A stretch of DNA of 64,000 nucleotides from Octopus vulgaris. Its lineage: Eukaryota. The position numbers and the translations under genes are program-made. Positions 44,901-58,200 of the stretch are shown piece by piece (position 1 is the stretch's first letter; every line of letters starts with the position of its first letter). The stretch lies in the NCBI GenBank assembly GCA_951406725.2, contig OX597831.1:33294001-33358000 (forward strand), given 5' to 3'. The notes beneath the pieces were generated by a model. The model saw only the letters and a program-made list of their open reading frames with translations. It did no database searches and had not been told where the DNA came from.

Positions 44901-46976
44901 CACTTATATACATGGTTAGTGAGAGCTGTGCGAGCCATGTACAGGGACGCTGTTAGAAAGGTGAGGGTTGGCAATGAGTACAGTGAAGAATTCCGGGTAG
45001 AGGAAGGGGTCCACCAAGGTTCAGTCCTCAGCCCCCTCCTATTTATCATAGTTCTCCAGAGGAATTCAAGACAGGATGCCCCTGGGAGCTCCTCTATGCT
45101 GATGACCTTGCTCTAATTGCTGAGTCACTATCAGAACTGGAGGAGAAGCTTCAGGTGTGGAAGCAAGGATTAGAATTAAAGGGCCTTAGAGTCAACCGAG
45201 CTAAAACCAAAGTCCTAATAAGTAGGAAGGTAGACAAACCACAAACGCCTTCAGGTAGATGGCCCTGCTCGATCTGTAGAAAAGGCATAGGTAGAAACTC
45301 TATAAGATGTACCCAGTGTAAACTATGGACACATAAGAGGTGCAGCAATGTCAAACGAAGGCTAACTAGGAAGATAGTTTTTGTGTGTGGTAGATGCTCA
45401 GGGGCAATAAACACTGAGAAAATGTGCAGAGAACAACTTCCGCCACATTCCAAGGAAGAAAAACTAGAAGTAGTTGATAGCTTTCGTTACCTAGGTGACC
45501 AAGTCAGTAGCGGAGTTGGGGGTGCTGAAAGTGTAACTGCTAGAGTAAGAATAGCCTGGGCAAAGTTCAAAGAGCTCTTATCTCTGCTGGTGACAAAAGG
45601 CCTCTTGCTCAGAGTAAAAGGTAGACAGTATGATGCATGTGTATGAACAGCCATGCTACATAGCAGTGAAACATGGGCCCTGACTGCTGAGGATATGCGT
45701 AAGCTCACAAAAATGAAGCCAGTATGCTCCGATGGATGTGTAATGTCAGTGTTCATACTCGACAGAGTGTAAGTACCTTGAGAGAAAAGTCGGATCTAAG
45801 AAGCATCAGTTCTGGTGTGTAAGAGAGACGATTGCGCTGGTATGGTCATGTGGTGAGAATGGATGAAGATAGGTGTGTGAAAAAGTGCCACACTCTAGTG
45901 GTTGAAGGAACCTGTGGAAGAGGTAGACCCAGGAAAACCTGGGACGAGGTGGTGAAGCATGACCTTCAAACATTAGGTCTCACCGAGGCAATGACTAGTG
46001 ACGGAGACCTTTGAAAATATGCTGTGCATGAGAAGACCTAGCAGGACAAGTGAGACCATAACCCATGGCCTTTACCTGGGATGTAACCAGTCAACTTATG
46101 CATACCTTTCCTTCTTTGGACACAAAACTCTCGCTTGCAAAGACCTGTTAAGGCAAGTGAAATCGAAATCGATCAAAAAATCAATGTAAATTGTAGTTGT
46201 GATACCAGTGCCGGTGGCACGTAAAAAGCACCATCTGAACGTGACCGTTGCCAGTGCCGCCTCGACTGGCTTCCATGCCGGTGGCACATAAAAAGCACCA
46301 ACCGATCGTGGCCATTGCCAGCCTCGCCTGGCACCTGTGCCGCTGACACGTAAAAAGCACCCACTACGCTCATGGAGTGGTTGGCGTTAGGAAGGGCATC
46401 CAGCTGTAGAAACGCTGCCAGATCAGACTGGAGCCTGGTGCAGCCTCCTGGCTTCCCAGACCCTGGTCAAACCATCCAACCTATGCTAGCATGGAAAACG
46501 GATGTTAAACGATGATAATGATGATATATAAAACAAACAATATGTAAAAGGGAGCTATAAATTGTGTCTCTTACCTTATAATTGACATGTGGAAACTTCC
46601 GGTAGACAGGACTAGAAGTGCTTGTGGACGGCCAGCCAGATGTGGATAGAGACAGAGGAACAAACAGGGAACTCTGCATGGGCAGTTGGTAATAACATAG
46701 GGCTGCATTAATTACGTGATGTCCACTACGGTCAGTCTGGTGGAAGAATAGACAGAAAAAGGAAATATTAGTTACAGGAAAATAAACCCAGTGAAAATGG
46801 TATGTTCTCTGGGTTTGATTTACATTCAGTTTACAGCATTCACCAGTGTTGCTCAACCTTTTTACCCTTGTGTAACCCTTAAAATAAATTACATGTCTCA
46901 AGGAACCCCTGCACAAAAAAAAAATATATATACCATATCTTTCTCATATTTTTTCATTGTAGTTCATGTGAAAAAT

Positions 46977-47048
<72 letters not shown>

Positions 47049-50000
47049 GAGAAGAATTTATCTGTAAATACAATTATGTGACAATTATTCGGTAGCCAAG
47101 AAAAAACTCTGAGTTTCAGATGCCGAGGTGGAAATCCACACTACCATCTCTTCACATATTATATTTACAGATAAATTCCTCTATTTACATAATATTGAGG
47201 TCTCTTTCTTTCTTTTGTTATCTTACTATTTTTACCAATATATATATATATACACATAGAGTTGAAACACTCATGTCACAACCTGGGACCTTGAAGACTG
47301 CTTTAATGGAAGAAAGTATACTAGTCCCTTAATATTTGATATTCAATATTTCATCTATTCAATAAGACAATCAATACTTCATTTCATTTTACTATATATA
47401 CTATCTATACTATATATTCTATATTCTATATTGATATTATAAAGAATATAAATAAAACATAAAAAAACAGACAGAGCTGGAATTCCTTTGAATAATATAT
47501 ATCTCTCTTTACACAATCATACAGAGTTTACTGAAGCTGATTTCCTACAGCTGGATGCCCTTCCTGTTGCCAACACTCAGCAGTTTTCAAGCAAGGTAAT
47601 ATCTTTTTATCGTGGTTAGACATCTTTTACACAGAATATTGGATATGAATGACACTGCTTGTATGACAGTGACACTCATTTACGACTATGTAGACACACA
47701 CATGTATGGCAGGCTTCCACACAGTTTCCAGCCACTAAATCCACTCATCACAACGGTTTGGTTGGCTTGGGGCTATAGTGGAAGATGTTTGCCCAAGGTG
47801 CCATGCAGTGGGACTGAACCTGGAAGCTCACAGTTGGGGAGCAAACTCCTTAACCACACAGCCACACCAGTACCTATGTGTGTGTGCGTGTGTGTGTGTA
47901 GTAGACATAACACAAAGCTACTGACTCCTGTTGGAGTTATTTAGCTCCAGATCAATTCTGTAAAAGCAGACTTATGATGAAAGGCCTTCCAGCCATGACC
48001 ACTCCATCTGCTCATATTGTCCAATATATGCTTCTTTGTTAAACCAATAAAATGTAACCAGCAGTAAAAATGGGCTGCTATTTCTAAAAGGGCCGCCCTC
48101 TAGGCCCCTACAGCTATATCAGTTTATTGATTAAATAAATAAAAAAAAAAAAGGGGTCAGGCTTACATTGGCAAAATTTGTTGGAGAGAGGCCAAAGGTG
48201 AGAAGAGATTTGCTGGAGAATTCGTCCTGGAGATATTCCAGAACTGAGGAAGCAGCCCCAGTGAAGGCGTTGTGTGCGTCGACCAGGATCTGGAAACCCT
48301 GCAAAAACACAAGGACAGAAAATCAGTGAAGAAAGAAAAAATTTTAAAATTAACAAATGACAGATTGACAGGATTAGAAAGACTGCTACACACACGGGCA
48401 CATGTGTGTGTGTGTGTGTGTGTGAGTGTGTAGATGTGTGGAAATGGGCATGCGTGTTTGTGTGTGTATGTGTGCATGTTTAGATATGTGTGTGTATCTG
48501 TGTAGAGGTGTGTGTGTGTATCTGTGTAGAGGTGTGTGTGTGTGTATGCATGTATGTGAGCACATGTGTGTGGGTTGTTGCCAGTGGCATGTAAAGTGCA
48601 ACCACAACACTCTTGGAGTGGTTGATGTTAGGAAGGGCATTCAGCTGTAGAAGCCTTGCCGGGTCAGGTTGGAGCCTGGTGCGACTTCCTGGCTTGTCAG
48701 TCCCCAGTCAAACTGTCCAACCCATGCCAGCATGGAAAACGGACGTTAAATGATGATGATATATATGTGTGTATGTGAGTATGTGTTTGTATGAATGTGT
48801 GTGTGTGGGTGTGCATGTACAGATGTGTATATGAGTCTGTGTAAGCGTTTTTGTGCATGTGTGTGTGTGCATTTATAGATGTGTGTGTGTGTATGCATGT
48901 ATATGAGCACATGTGTGTGTGTGTGTGTGTGTGTGTGCATGTATAGATATGTGTGCATGCATAAAGGCACATAGTTAAATAATTAATGTGTTGCACTCTC
49001 AATCTTGTGGTCATGGTTTCAATTCCCGTATTTGGCAGTGTGTTGCATTCTTGCACAAAATCATTTCATTTCAGGTTGCTCCAGTCCACTCAGCTGTAAA
49101 AGGACAACCTTGCAAAGGACGACCTCCATTCAAGGGGAACGATGGCCTGCATGCCTAGCCAGCAAGGTGGCAGCATTTGGAAAGCAAGAATGATGCAAGG
49201 AAACACATTGTGAACAATGGTGTATAACAACAAGCGATAGTCTGCTTGATACAGTAACACAGTGATCTATGTATGCAGAATTTTACATCATCATCATCCT
49301 CATCATTTAACGTCCATTTTCTGTGCTGGTGGCACTTAAAAAGCACCCATAACACTCTTGGAGTGGTTGGTGTTAGGAAGGGCATCCAGCTGTAGAAACC
49401 TTGCCAAATCAGATTGGAACCTGGACAGTTTGACTGAAAACTGGTCAGCTGCACCAGGTTCCAATCTGATTTGGCAAGGTTTCTACAGCTGGATGCCCTT
49501 CCAAACACCAACCACTCCAACAGTGTTATGGGTGCTTTTTAAGTGCCACCAGCACAGATAGCAGTTATGTAGTACCAGCATCAGCCATGACTACGATCTC
49601 ACATGGTTTGAGAGCTCTCCTCAAGCACAGTATATCACCAAAGGTCTTGGACATTTGTCACTGCCTCCGTGAGGCCCAAAGTTCAAACGGTGCTTCTTAC
49701 GTGCCACACACACACACATATATATATATATATCAAATGTGAGGACAAAATTCTTTTCGAAAAAAAAATTTTTTCTTGAAGAAAATTTTATTAATGGCCA
49801 GCATATTAAAAAATACCTTTAACGGTTAAATTTATAAACAATTCATAAATGAGGGCAAAGGAAAAAATTTCCAATGCCAAATATGCTGAAAAATTGGACA
49901 TATTGTCCATTAACCATATAATGTTTTCACAATACGCACGCTACTCGAAAAAAGGTCGACAGAAATTTCTATAAAATTCCATTATTACCATATCGGACCG

Positions 50001-50699
50001 ATTTCAGAGTTAGCTACTAAGAGCCCTCTCTTCGTCAGTGATACATGTGGTAAGAGAAATAAATGAGATACTTACTCATACCCACGGAAGAAGCAAATAC
50101 TAAGTCGCGGGCACAACTAAGTACCCCAAATACATCCAAAATAGAAATACTCTGGCCCATTCGAGGCACGTGCGATTTGAACTGAGGCTCTCACAGAGTG
50201 AGTTAGTTAGTCCGGAAGTGAATGCTTAAATTTATATCAAATGTGAGGATAAAATGACACAAAGATTATTTGATCAGTGTCCATATAAGTATTGACTCTA
50301 AGCCATAAACTTACTTGTAACATGTCACATTCCTCAGTAAAATAGTGAAGTCTGTCCTCCATCTCAGCCCATATGTCGGTACCAGACATGGTCTCATAAC
50401 CACAGCCAAACACATCAAATGGTTGTTCTTCACTGGAAAACAATATATATATATATATATATATCATATATATATATATATATATATATTCAATGTAGGA
50501 TAAAATTTTTTTTTTTTAATTTTTATCAATGGCCTGCATGTTAAAAATACCTTTAAAGGTTAAGTATAAAACAACTTATAAACAGAGGGCAAACGAAAAA
50601 TTTCTAATGCCAAATATGCCGAAAAATTATATGCTGCATGGACAATATGTCCAGATTTCGGCATATTTCACCCTAAATTTTTTTGTTTACTTATTTATA

Positions 50700-50743
<44 letters not shown>

Positions 50744-51039
50744 CATACATACATACATACATATACAGGGTGGCTGAAAAGTAGCTCATTAATATATAAT
50801 TTATAGGAAAATTATTAATAAGTAATTTACAAGTATTTTGAAATACGAAAAGAAAAAGTCATCAAAGGAAGGACAAATTTTAACAAATGAGTTAATTTGA
50901 TGCACAAAAGGAAAGGAAAGAGTTTCGGATATTAGTCATTCATCAGAAGGAAAATAAAGGAGGAGTGTGAAAAAAGGAAAAGTCATTGAGAAGAAAAAAG
51001 AAAAATAGGTGAGGGTTTAGGGACCAAGTGAGTGTGATG

Positions 51040-51087
<48 letters not shown>

Positions 51088-54000
51088 GAAATTTACAGAA
51101 AAACAAAAGACCAAGACAGGTGTATGAGCAAGGGGCAGGTAACTTTTACTCCCTGCCTTATTATATGGGACTTGAAACAAAGTTTACACTGTTTAAAGAA
51201 AGAGGGCACCCTTTATGATTTCAGGATGAAAAACAGGCCAACAGAATGGTAAGAATTTCATTTTGTTTATTTATTTATTACTTTCATCTTTGTTTTATTT
51301 TATTGATTTATCTATTTTGTACATATTTCTCTGTTGAGACGAGACAGTTTGAACACCATCATCATCATTGTTATCACCAGTTAGTGAGAAAGTCTTTTAT
51401 GTTTCGAGCCTACGCTCTTCAACAGAAGGAGTATGAGGAAGTAAATAGAGACAGAATAAAAAAGAAACTTGTGGATTTAGCGATCAATCATGGCAACACT
51501 CACACACGTATATCACTATTTATCATTGTATAAATAAAATTAAGAAAAAAAAATAAAAGACACACAGAAAAACCTGGCTCTAGATACTCTGTATCTGAAA
51601 ATAAGATGAGATGGTCACAACTGGAATGTATTTGGTCACAGCTCTACACAGTCAATATATTATATCAACTGGACATGAATGATTGTTGTATCCTTTCTTT
51701 CTTGTCTTGAGGTTCACAGCCAAACGGCTGGGTGGATTTGCATGGAAAATGGCACACAGGTGGAGACGGGTCCATAGATTGTGCTGCCTTTTGTATTTTT
51801 TTCCTAGCCCCCATAGTTACTGAGAAAATTGATTAAAACTTTTTCTAATGGAATTCCCCATTCAAAGGTGATTGCGCCTGCCATTCAGCTGTGCTTTGGG
51901 TGATTTTGATCAAACCAATTTTGTGAAATAGAGCGATTTTTTTCTACATATAATGGGGAAGGCTCGCTTTTCAAAAATTTCAGTACAAAAGGAAGAAAAA
52001 ATTAGGATTCAATTTTTTTCTATTTTGCACTAAGCTGAGCTTAAAAGCGCAGAAGGATTTAACGATTCACATGCCGCGAGAAGTTGGCAACATATGCAAG
52101 CTGCTTCATGTCAAAAGGTGTCAACTGATTTCTGTCTCAAGGTTACATGTATGTTTGGATACTTATTAAGTCACTTAGCCTGCACAAGTTGAAATTGCTT
52201 GATCTGAGGTTCAAATACCAGCAAGCTCATATGCATTTTTGAGCTTATAGGAATTGTAGACTAAAATGAACGTGAGAAAGATAATGAAAAATATTTATGC
52301 AACTATTGTTCTACACTGACTAAAGTCATCTGTTACATAAATTGGACATGGGTGGTCGTTGTATTCTTGTGTATATATAAATTTGACATGGGCGATTCTT
52401 TCTTGTCTTGAGGTTCACGGTCAAACGGCTGGGTGGAATTGCACGAAAAATGTGTAGAATGATCCGGTGGTGTGGCTGGGCTTTGAATTTTTTCATAGCT
52501 CCCATGGTTACCGAGCTAATCTACTATAATAATACTATAATAATAATAATAATCTACAATAATAAAACATACATAATGTTTATGAATGAGAAAGGAAGGG
52601 GTGTTAGATGAATAAGGAAGGAAAGGGTGATGTCATACTTGGTAGTGGGATGATGGAAATTGTACACTGAAAAAATAAATCAAACAGCATTTCAACTCTG
52701 TGTGAATATGTGCATGTATGTAAAAGAGGGGAGTATGTGAATGTGTGTGTGTGTGTGCGCGTTTGTGTGTGCATGCGCAATGGAAGTGGGATGGTTCATC
52801 TTTGTTCGCTTAGTATTTGGGTTTATTTTTTGAGTTGGTTGAATCTTGGTTGTCTTTTTTTTTTGTTGGCTAGTTATTTTTAGTGTTTTGATCGAAAAAA
52901 GTCATTCTAAAATGTAAGCGTGCCCAAACAAGTTGAATGCTTACACAGAACAGGTTTTACAGACACATCATCCAAATCGACCGGGTGAAACTGGGCTTAG
53001 CTGCTAGTCTTAAATACAAAGAGAACAAAAGAAACCATGTCTAATAATAAAGGACTGTACCTTTTGTGGGTGTAATCATTAATAATGTTGATCGTTTTTG
53101 GATGGAGATGGATGTTGAGGAAATCAGACCAAACTTCAGTGGAATCATCCAAGTTGTAGATTTTGTCGCCAGAATTGCATTCTTCGTTTCCGTCTGTTTC
53201 TTCCCTCTTGTTGATCTCTATAACCAGGATATAATGACAACAGGTGTGAAAAGAGCAACAATGGAACAACATATACATATAAATACATACATATGAATTT
53301 TTTGTGTAATGAGATAAAAAGACCAAGGCTGTATATATATATTAGAGCATTTATAGATAGAAGGTCTTACAGCTGTTTCTAGAATATTAATTAATAATAA
53401 TATCCCTTCATTGGAGACGGTGTGAGAGGAAAAGTTAAGTCATAGTTAGTTTCAATGTGATATAAATAGAGAGTGAGGTGGAGGAAAGAAAATAGATGTG
53501 AGATATGTATGATTATTGAGTTCATAAATCCGTTTTATAGGCATAATGGTATATATGTGTATTATTCCAATATCCTTTGAGTAAAATTCAAAAGTCCAAC
53601 AGTTTAATATGAGTCCATCCAAATGTAAAGTTTATAAGCAATGTAAGATTTTCTTAAAGTTGGTCCTTCCCAGTAGGGAATTTATATATCATACATACAC
53701 AGTGGTTAGGGCAGCGGACTCGCAGTCGTAGGATCGCGGTTTCGATTCCCAGACCAGGCGTTGTGAGTGTTTATTGAGCGCAAACACCTAAAGCTCCATG
53801 AGGCTGCGGCAGGGGGTGGCGGCGATCCCTGCTGTACTCTTTCGCCACAACTTTCTCTCACTCTTTCTTCTGTTGGCCTGCCCGCTTAGCCAGCGGGGTG
53901 GCGTCATTTGAAGGCTAAAACAATATGAAGCGCATTGTGACCAGTGATGTGTAGCAACATCTGATAGCCTGGTCGGTCACAGTGACGGTGACATACACAT

Positions 54001-55184
54001 ATGTATTATCATATATCATGTATATATCATATATCATACATACACATATATATATATCTTAGCTCTTAGAACCTCCAGTATTATACAAGCATTTTCTAGA
54101 CAATCTAGTTGCTTATCTTCCTCATGGCTCCACTCAGGCTGACTCCTATCATTATCATGCTGTCCAGGAATATACTGTACTACCTCTTCCTTGGTCTTCC
54201 CCTCCGTCTGTTTCCTCCTCTTCCTCCTCCCAGCATCCACTCCATCACGCTGGCAGCATATCTCTCTTGCGGTAGTCGAAACACATGGCCAGTAAACCGT
54301 ATCCACCTCATAGTCCCCATGTGCTGCAAACATTCCAAGCAAGCTCTTCTCGTCACCTCTTTGTTTCTCCCTCTCTCCTGGCAAGACATACTCAGGATTG
54401 AACGTAGACAGTGCCAATGGGACACACCCAGCAATTGAGAGATCTTCACTGTCTTCTTCCAGGCTTCACGGGCATAGAAGGCTGTTGATATAACAATAGT
54501 TGAGTGTAGCATTGAGGGTTTTCAATTTCCGTGTGGGAGAAAGGTGTTGGAATACTGACAGTATGCATGTATCTATGTATGTGTATATACATGTGCATGT
54601 ATGCATGTATGAGTGTATATGTATGAACTCAACAATATATTCTTGTATCATCATCATCATTTAACATCCATTTTCCATATTGTCACGGGTTGGACTGCTT
54701 GACAGGAATTGGCAAGGACAGGAGCTAGACCAGAGTCTATAGAATGTTTTGGCCTGGATTCTGTAGCTAGATGCCCTTCCCAATGCCAGCCACTCTACAG
54801 AGTGTACTGGGTGCTTTTTAGGTGACATCAGCACCCACACCAATGCTTTTAACATGGTACCTTGGTTTTAGGATCACAATTCTGTTGTGGCGGGTGGGTC
54901 TTCTCAAGTACACCAATATGCCACATATCCTGGTCCTCTACGAATTAAACTAAGCTGGCCAGATTGGAGCAATCTTGAGTATAACCAGCCAGAATTGCAA
55001 AGATAATTTGGAACTTGACTGAAGAAAGAAAACTCCGAATGACCCGTCCTTGTTTTTTTGTATCGTCTGCCTGGATGTTTTGTTATCCCTATTTTGTATC
55101 ATAACTGTCTGGATGTTTTACATTCTTGTCTCATTTTTGGTATTCCTTTTTATATAAATATAGCGGAGTACGTACACTTTGGTC

Positions 55185-55229
<45 letters not shown>

Positions 55230-58200
55230 CATGCACATACTTGGTGCCAATAGTACATACACAAAAAAAAATATTTTTTTAGTTTTACCTTCCAATGTTT
55301 CCATTTCTTTAGAATTCTCTGCAGATTCTGTTTCCATTTCTTCATATTCGCTGGGGACGTGGTAACATTCCTGGCAGAATATAAACAATGGTAAAGAGAG
55401 GTGATCAGTGGATCTTATAAAGACACTGGCAAAGACTTACATCACCAAAGTTGTTGTCATTTAACCCTAGGTCAACCCAGACAAGGCAGGCACAGGATCA
55501 AAAGAATCCAAACCATGACCATCCCAACTTGAGAGAGGATCTTTAGGATATATATAATGGGTCCTTCCCTTTCTTTTAAAAGATAGTAATGATGTGATTT
55601 AAGAAAGAAAGAAGGGAGGTAGGGAGGGAGAAAGGGCGGGAGGAAGGGTGGGAGGAAGGGAGGTAGGTAGGGAGGGAGGGAAGAAGGAAAATCCATCTAT
55701 CCATCAGACAGTAGAGGTCTCCCTCATTGGTGCTTACCCATATATATATATATACATACATAAACCAGTTAAGGTGTCAATTGAAGGAGAATTGACTGCT
55801 TTTTCTAGCAGATCTAGCAACAACAAAGAGCTTACCTCATGAATCCATAACAGTGTAGGTAGTGTGAGGTTCTAGACTTTAGAAAAGTTTTCTACATTCA
55901 AACTTCGCTTGCGAAAACCTGTTGAGGCAAGTGAAATCAAAATCGCAGACGTGGCCGAAGACAGTACCGCCTGATTAGCACTTGTGCCAGTGGAACGTTA
56001 ATAGAACATCCAAATGTGATCGATGCCAGGGCTGCTGATTGGCTCCCATGCCAGTGGAATGTAAAAAGCATCATTCAAGCGTGATTGTTGCCAGCGTCAC
56101 CTTACTAGCACGTGCTGGTGGCACATGAAAAACAACATTCGAGCATGGTCATTGCCAGTGCCACCGGACTGGTTCCCATGCAGGTGGCACGTAAAAAACA
56201 CCTTTAGAGTGTGGCCGTTGCCAGTACCGCCTGACTGGCCCTCATGTCGGTGGCACGTTAAAGCACCCTCTACACTATCGGAGTGGTTGCCGTTAGGAAG
56301 GGCATCCAGCTGTAGAAACTCTGCCAGGTCAGACTGGAACCAGGTGCAGCCTTTCAGGCTTGCCAGTCCTCAGTCAAACCATCCAATCCATGCCAGCATG
56401 GAAAGTGGATGTTAAACGATAATGATGATGATGATGAAACTATTCTACTTACAAAATCAACTTCTATAATAAATACTAAATCAACAAACAAGCCTCTAAG
56501 TGGTGGCTCAAACGCCTAGAAACAGCAGTCAAATCTCACTCAAATCACACTTCCAATAACAATACCAACCTCCTGTTTCTCAATGTCTTTGAGAAATTCA
56601 TTTTTTTCAATCTTTGGTTTCTTTTTCACAGTCACATTTCCATGCCTGGCAAGAACACAAGAAGACAAACCTAGAATTACAAATGTCATACAACACACCT
56701 GAGCAATGTGTATAACAATACATACCTGAACAATGTATGTCGCAAGACATACTTGAGCAATGTGTATGGCAAGACATACTGGAGCAACACTGACTCTTAG
56801 AGTTTTGTTGTGCTTTTCCTTATATAAATCTGCCAATTCTGATAGGAAGCAGAGATTTTGATAAAATGCAGGTTGTTGGTGGCATGGCGGCAGTGATTGC
56901 AAGCATTTTTACATCTGCTTTCTATGCTGGCATGGGTTGGAGGAGTCATCAAAGTCCGAATCATCTCCTATTGGGAGCCACTGCATTGAAAGACTGATGC
57001 CTGCTCAGTAACTTAGACTTTGGCCAGTCACGTGTCCCCAGGACTCATAAGGCCAGGGCTTAACCCAGTCTCCAGGACACAGAAGTGGCTGAAACTACAA
57101 CACTCCCTCCTCCTGAATAATATGCTAGTCCATTGTAGGGTTAACTTCCCATCTATTGCTGGAACTCTTTTAGAGGTGAGGGAACTGGAACAACATGAAA
57201 AGAAGTGTTTTACTCAAGAAAACAATGCACCACCCTGCCTGAGAATTGAAACTACGATAAAAATGTCCAGTGCAGATTTCAAATTCCTAACCACAAAGTT
57301 GATAATGCATGAGAGAAAAGTTAGGTGTAAGAGGTATTATATGCAGTGTGCAAGAGAGGAGACTGTGCTGTGTTTGGTCATGTGATGCAGTTGCATAAAG
57401 AAGTGGAAGGAAGGTGTGGACGAAGAAGAGCAAGGAAGACATGGGATGGATTATTGAAGGTCAATCTAAGGAGATGGTAGAGGGATGAGATATGTGGTGC
57501 ATTGCTGTACTTGAGAAGACCTGGCCACCACAGCAGAATTGAAATCCTAAAACCAAGGTGCCATGTAAAAAAAAAACATTGGTGTGGTTGCTGGTGCTGT
57601 GTAAAAAGTACCCAGTACACTCTGTGGAATATTTGGCATTAGGAAGGGCATCCAGTCATAGAAACCAAACCAAAACATGCTAGGGGACCTGGTCCAGCTC
57701 CTGGCTTTGCCAGTTCCTGTTAAGCTGTCCAACCCATGCCAGCATGGAAAACGGACTTTAACTGATGATAACGATGATGATGATGATGATGGTGTTCAAA
57801 CTGTCTCGTCTCAACAGAGAAATATTTACAAAATAGATAAATCAATAAAATAAAACAAAGATGAAAGTAATAAATAAATAAACAAAATGAAATTCTTACC
57901 ATTCTGTAGGTCTGTTTTTTATCCTGAAATCATAAAGGGTGCCCTCTTTCTTTAAACAGTGTAAACTTCCTTTCAAGTCCCATAAAATAAGGCGGGGAGT
58001 AAAAGTTACCTGCCCCTGAAATTAGAATCAACCAGTAGAGATTAATCATACACCACACTTCACAATATAAGACAAAGACACATCATAAGATTCACATCAT
58101 AACACAAAGACACATCATATCTCACAGCGCACACATAAGACAAAAAACAGATCGTAAGATATCATAACACAAAGGCACATCATAAAAAATACATCACATC

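Noticed and set aside
50915-50950. Minus-strand CUGAUGA...GAAAC as a hammerhead
   Set aside because: No convincing stem II or stem III.
51028-51252. Plus-strand ORF containing a Misato-like peptide as a second gene
   Set aside because: Single isolated exon copy with conserved residues altered (R>C, G>Q), no pyrimidine tract before its AG, and no other plus-strand exons.
53700-53760. Functional tRNA gene
   Set aside because: tRNA-like head runs into a SINE body, recurs in diverged copies, and no complete cloverleaf was evident.
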